IMG/VR virus record: IMGVR_UViG_2671180921_000008
Span: 1 to 6,652 of that record
Length of the DNA: 6,652 bases
Strand: one strand, 5' to 3'
Origin: a virus
Lineage: Duplodnaviria; Heunggongvirae; Uroviricota; Caudoviricetes
Under the pieces are notes generated by a model. That model ran no database searches and was not told where the DNA came from. It was given only the letters and a program-made list of their open reading frames with translations. Each line of letters begins with the position of its first letter. Position 1 is the stretch's first letter. The position numbers and the translations under genes are program-made. Positions 5,640-6,652 of the stretch are shown here, piece after piece.

Positions 5640-5882
5640 ATGAAAATTAAAACTATGGCAGCAAGCCCATTAAGCGGTCGTATTTTTCAAGGAACATTAA
5701 ACACTGAAAAAGGAATGTGGGTAGGAAAGAAAGAAGATGTCACCGAACAAGCGATTAAGGCAGTAACTGAACACCTGATGATAAAAGACCGGAAATATGC
5801 ATACGAAACGAATGATGGCAAATGGGTGATAATAATGCATCAACTGGTTGATGAATTACCAGAAGAGTTTATTGCTGATTAA
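5640..5882 (+). CDS. Hypothetical protein, 80 aa
   Basis: ATG at 5640 with AGGAG 4 nt upstream. No motif recognised. Confidence 0.5.
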   Translation: MKIKTMAASPLSGRIFQGTLNTEKGMWVGKKEDVTEQAIKAVTEHLMIKDRKYAYETNDGKWVIIMHQLVDELPEEFIAD

Positions 5883-6008
5883 AATTATTTTGGCATAAAC
5901 AACAGAATAAACACTGCACTGTGTATTCATTCCAACGAGTGAATACACGGAGCAATGTCGCTCGTAACTAAACAGGAGCCGACTTGTTCTGATTATTGGA
6001 AATCTTCT

Positions 6009-6036
6009 TTGCCCTCTAATGTGAGGGCGATTTTTA
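6009..6036 (+). terminator. Rho-independent terminator (tL-type, expected to be read through under N antitermination)
   Basis: Stem GCCCTC (6011-6016) / GAGGGC (6023-6028), extendable by two pairs, 6-nt loop, T-run 6031-6035. Confidence 0.55.
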
Positions 6037-6055
6037 TCTATGAGGATATGAATAG

Positions 6056-6211
6056 ATGTCAAACATCAAAAAATACATCATTGATTACGACTGGAAAGCA
6101 TCAATAGAAATTGAAATTGACCATGACGTAATGATAGAGGAAAAACTTCACCAGATTAATAATTCTGGTCAGACTCTGAATACCGACTCAATAAACACGG
6201 CTCTGTATTAA
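6056..6211 (+). CDS. Hypothetical protein, 51 aa (possibly the 5' half of a frameshift-split gene)
   Basis: ATG at 6056 with GAGGA 9 nt upstream. MSNIKKYIIDYDWKASIEIEIDHDVMIEEKLHQINNSGQTLNTDSINTALY. Below the ORF-track cutoff. Confidence 0.35.
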   Translation: MSNIKKYIIDYDWKASIEIEIDHDVMIEEKLHQINNSGQTLNTDSINTALY

Positions 6212-6225
6212 ATGCTGTATTAATC

Positions 6226-6423
6226 ATGCTGGAGCAACATGCTCTGCTTATAGCAATTTCAAGCGACTTAAATGCATATGGTGTTGTGTGTGAGTTCGAC
6301 TGGAATGATGGAAATGGTCAGGAAGGATGGCCTCCAATGGATGGTAGTGAAGGAATAAGAATTACCGATATCGATACATCAGGAATATTTGATTCAGATG
6401 ATATGACTATCAAGGCCGCCTGA
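6226..6423 (+). CDS. Hypothetical acidic protein, 65 aa (possibly the 3' half of a split gene)
   Basis: ORF from the track. Its frame is already open from 6163, overlapping the 3' end of the preceding ORF in a different frame. Confidence 0.4.
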   Translation: MLEQHALLIAISSDLNAYGVVCEFDWNDGNGQEGWPPMDGSEGIRITDIDTSGIFDSDDMTIKAA

Positions 6424-6448
6424 GCGCGGCGTTACCGCATACCAATTA

Positions 6449-6469
6449 CGCTTCACTCGAGGCGTTTTT
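6449..6469 (+). terminator. Weak terminator-like hairpin with T5 run upstream of cIII
   Basis: Stem CGCTTC (6449-6454) / GAGGCG (6459-6464) with one G-U pair, 4-nt loop, T-run 6465-6469. Confidence 0.3.
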
Positions 6470-6495
6470 CGTTATGTATAAATAAGGAGCACACC

Positions 6496-6636
6496 CTGCA
6501 ATATGCCATTGCAGGGTGGCCTGTTGCTGGCTGCCCTTCCGAATCTTTACTTGAACGAATCACCCGTAAATTACGTGACGGATGGAAACGCCTTATCGAC
6601 ATACTTAATCAGCCAGGAGTTCCCAAAAATGGATAA
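6496..6636 (+). CDS. cIII: cIII-like ORF (lambda cIII homolog) lacking an ATG at the expected start (CTG) and ending at a TAA earlier than I recall for lambda
   Basis: Frame reads (L)QYAIAGWPVAGCPSESLLERITRKLRDGWKRLIDILNQPGVPKNG then TAA. This matches lambda cIII MQYAIAGWPVAGCPSESLLERITRKLRDGWKRLIDILNQPGVPKNG... as I recall it. AAGGAG (6484-6489) sits 6 nt before the CTG at 6496. The TAA at 6634-6636 coincides with codon 3 of the overlapping kil-like frame. Confidence 0.5.
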   Translation: MQYAIAGWPVAGCPSESLLERITRKLRDGWKRLIDILNQPGVPKNG

Positions 6637-6652
6637 AACACTTATGGCTATC
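6629..6652 (+). CDS. kil: kil-like ORF, first 8 codons only (MDKTLMAI...), overlapping the cIII 3' end
   Basis: ATG at 6629 with AGGAG 9 nt upstream. The N-terminus resembles lambda Kil (MDQTLMAI...) as I recall it, and lambda kil overlaps cIII in the same way. It runs off the window end. Confidence 0.35.

Noticed and set aside
5955-6000. Short plus-strand ORF starting at ATG 5955
   Set aside because: The only purine-rich stretch is 2 nt from the ATG, too close for a Shine-Dalgarno; the ORF reads through the terminator hairpin.
5856-6062. 68-aa minus-strand ORF
   Set aside because: Antisense across the inverted repeat and the tL-type terminator; most likely spurious.
6503-6652. Alternative reading of 6503-6652 as one long ORF (MPLQGG...MDKTLMAI)
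   Set aside because: This is the kil frame extended upstream through the cIII region. The ATG at 6503 is 13 nt from the Shine-Dalgarno, whereas the cIII-like peptide in the other frame and the kil start at 6629 with its own Shine-Dalgarno fit lambda organisation better. Not fully excluded.

Overview
This window is the immunity and early-regulation core of a lambdoid prophage, inverted relative to the conventional lambda map. Reading left to right: a partial replication gene (P position), an O-like initiator with the ori iterons inside it, a T5orf172/GIY-YIG-like moron, an oop-like antisense RNA, cII, nutR, cro (all on the minus strand); the OR1-3/pR/pRM switch; then cI, a three-gene cassette where lambda carries rexAB, a terminator, OL/pL, nutL, an N-like antiterminator and small pL-operon genes ending in a cIII-like ORF and the first codons of a kil-like ORF (plus strand). 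The cassette downstream of cI is the most notable feature: a HigB-like toxin, a HigA-like antitoxin with a roughly 95-aa C-terminal extension, and a SecB-like protein, with overlapping ATGA junctions. That is the architecture of toxin-antitoxin-chaperone (TAC) modules, here placed where it would be expressed in the lysogen. cI, cro and the operators are near-identical to lambda as I recall it, while cII, the nut boxB, the N N-terminus and the O C-terminus differ, so the region is mosaic. The N gene looks frameshifted, the cIII-like frame lacks an ATG, and two small ORFs look like a split gene; this could be real decay or indel errors. All identifications are by eye from translations and motifs; no searches were run.
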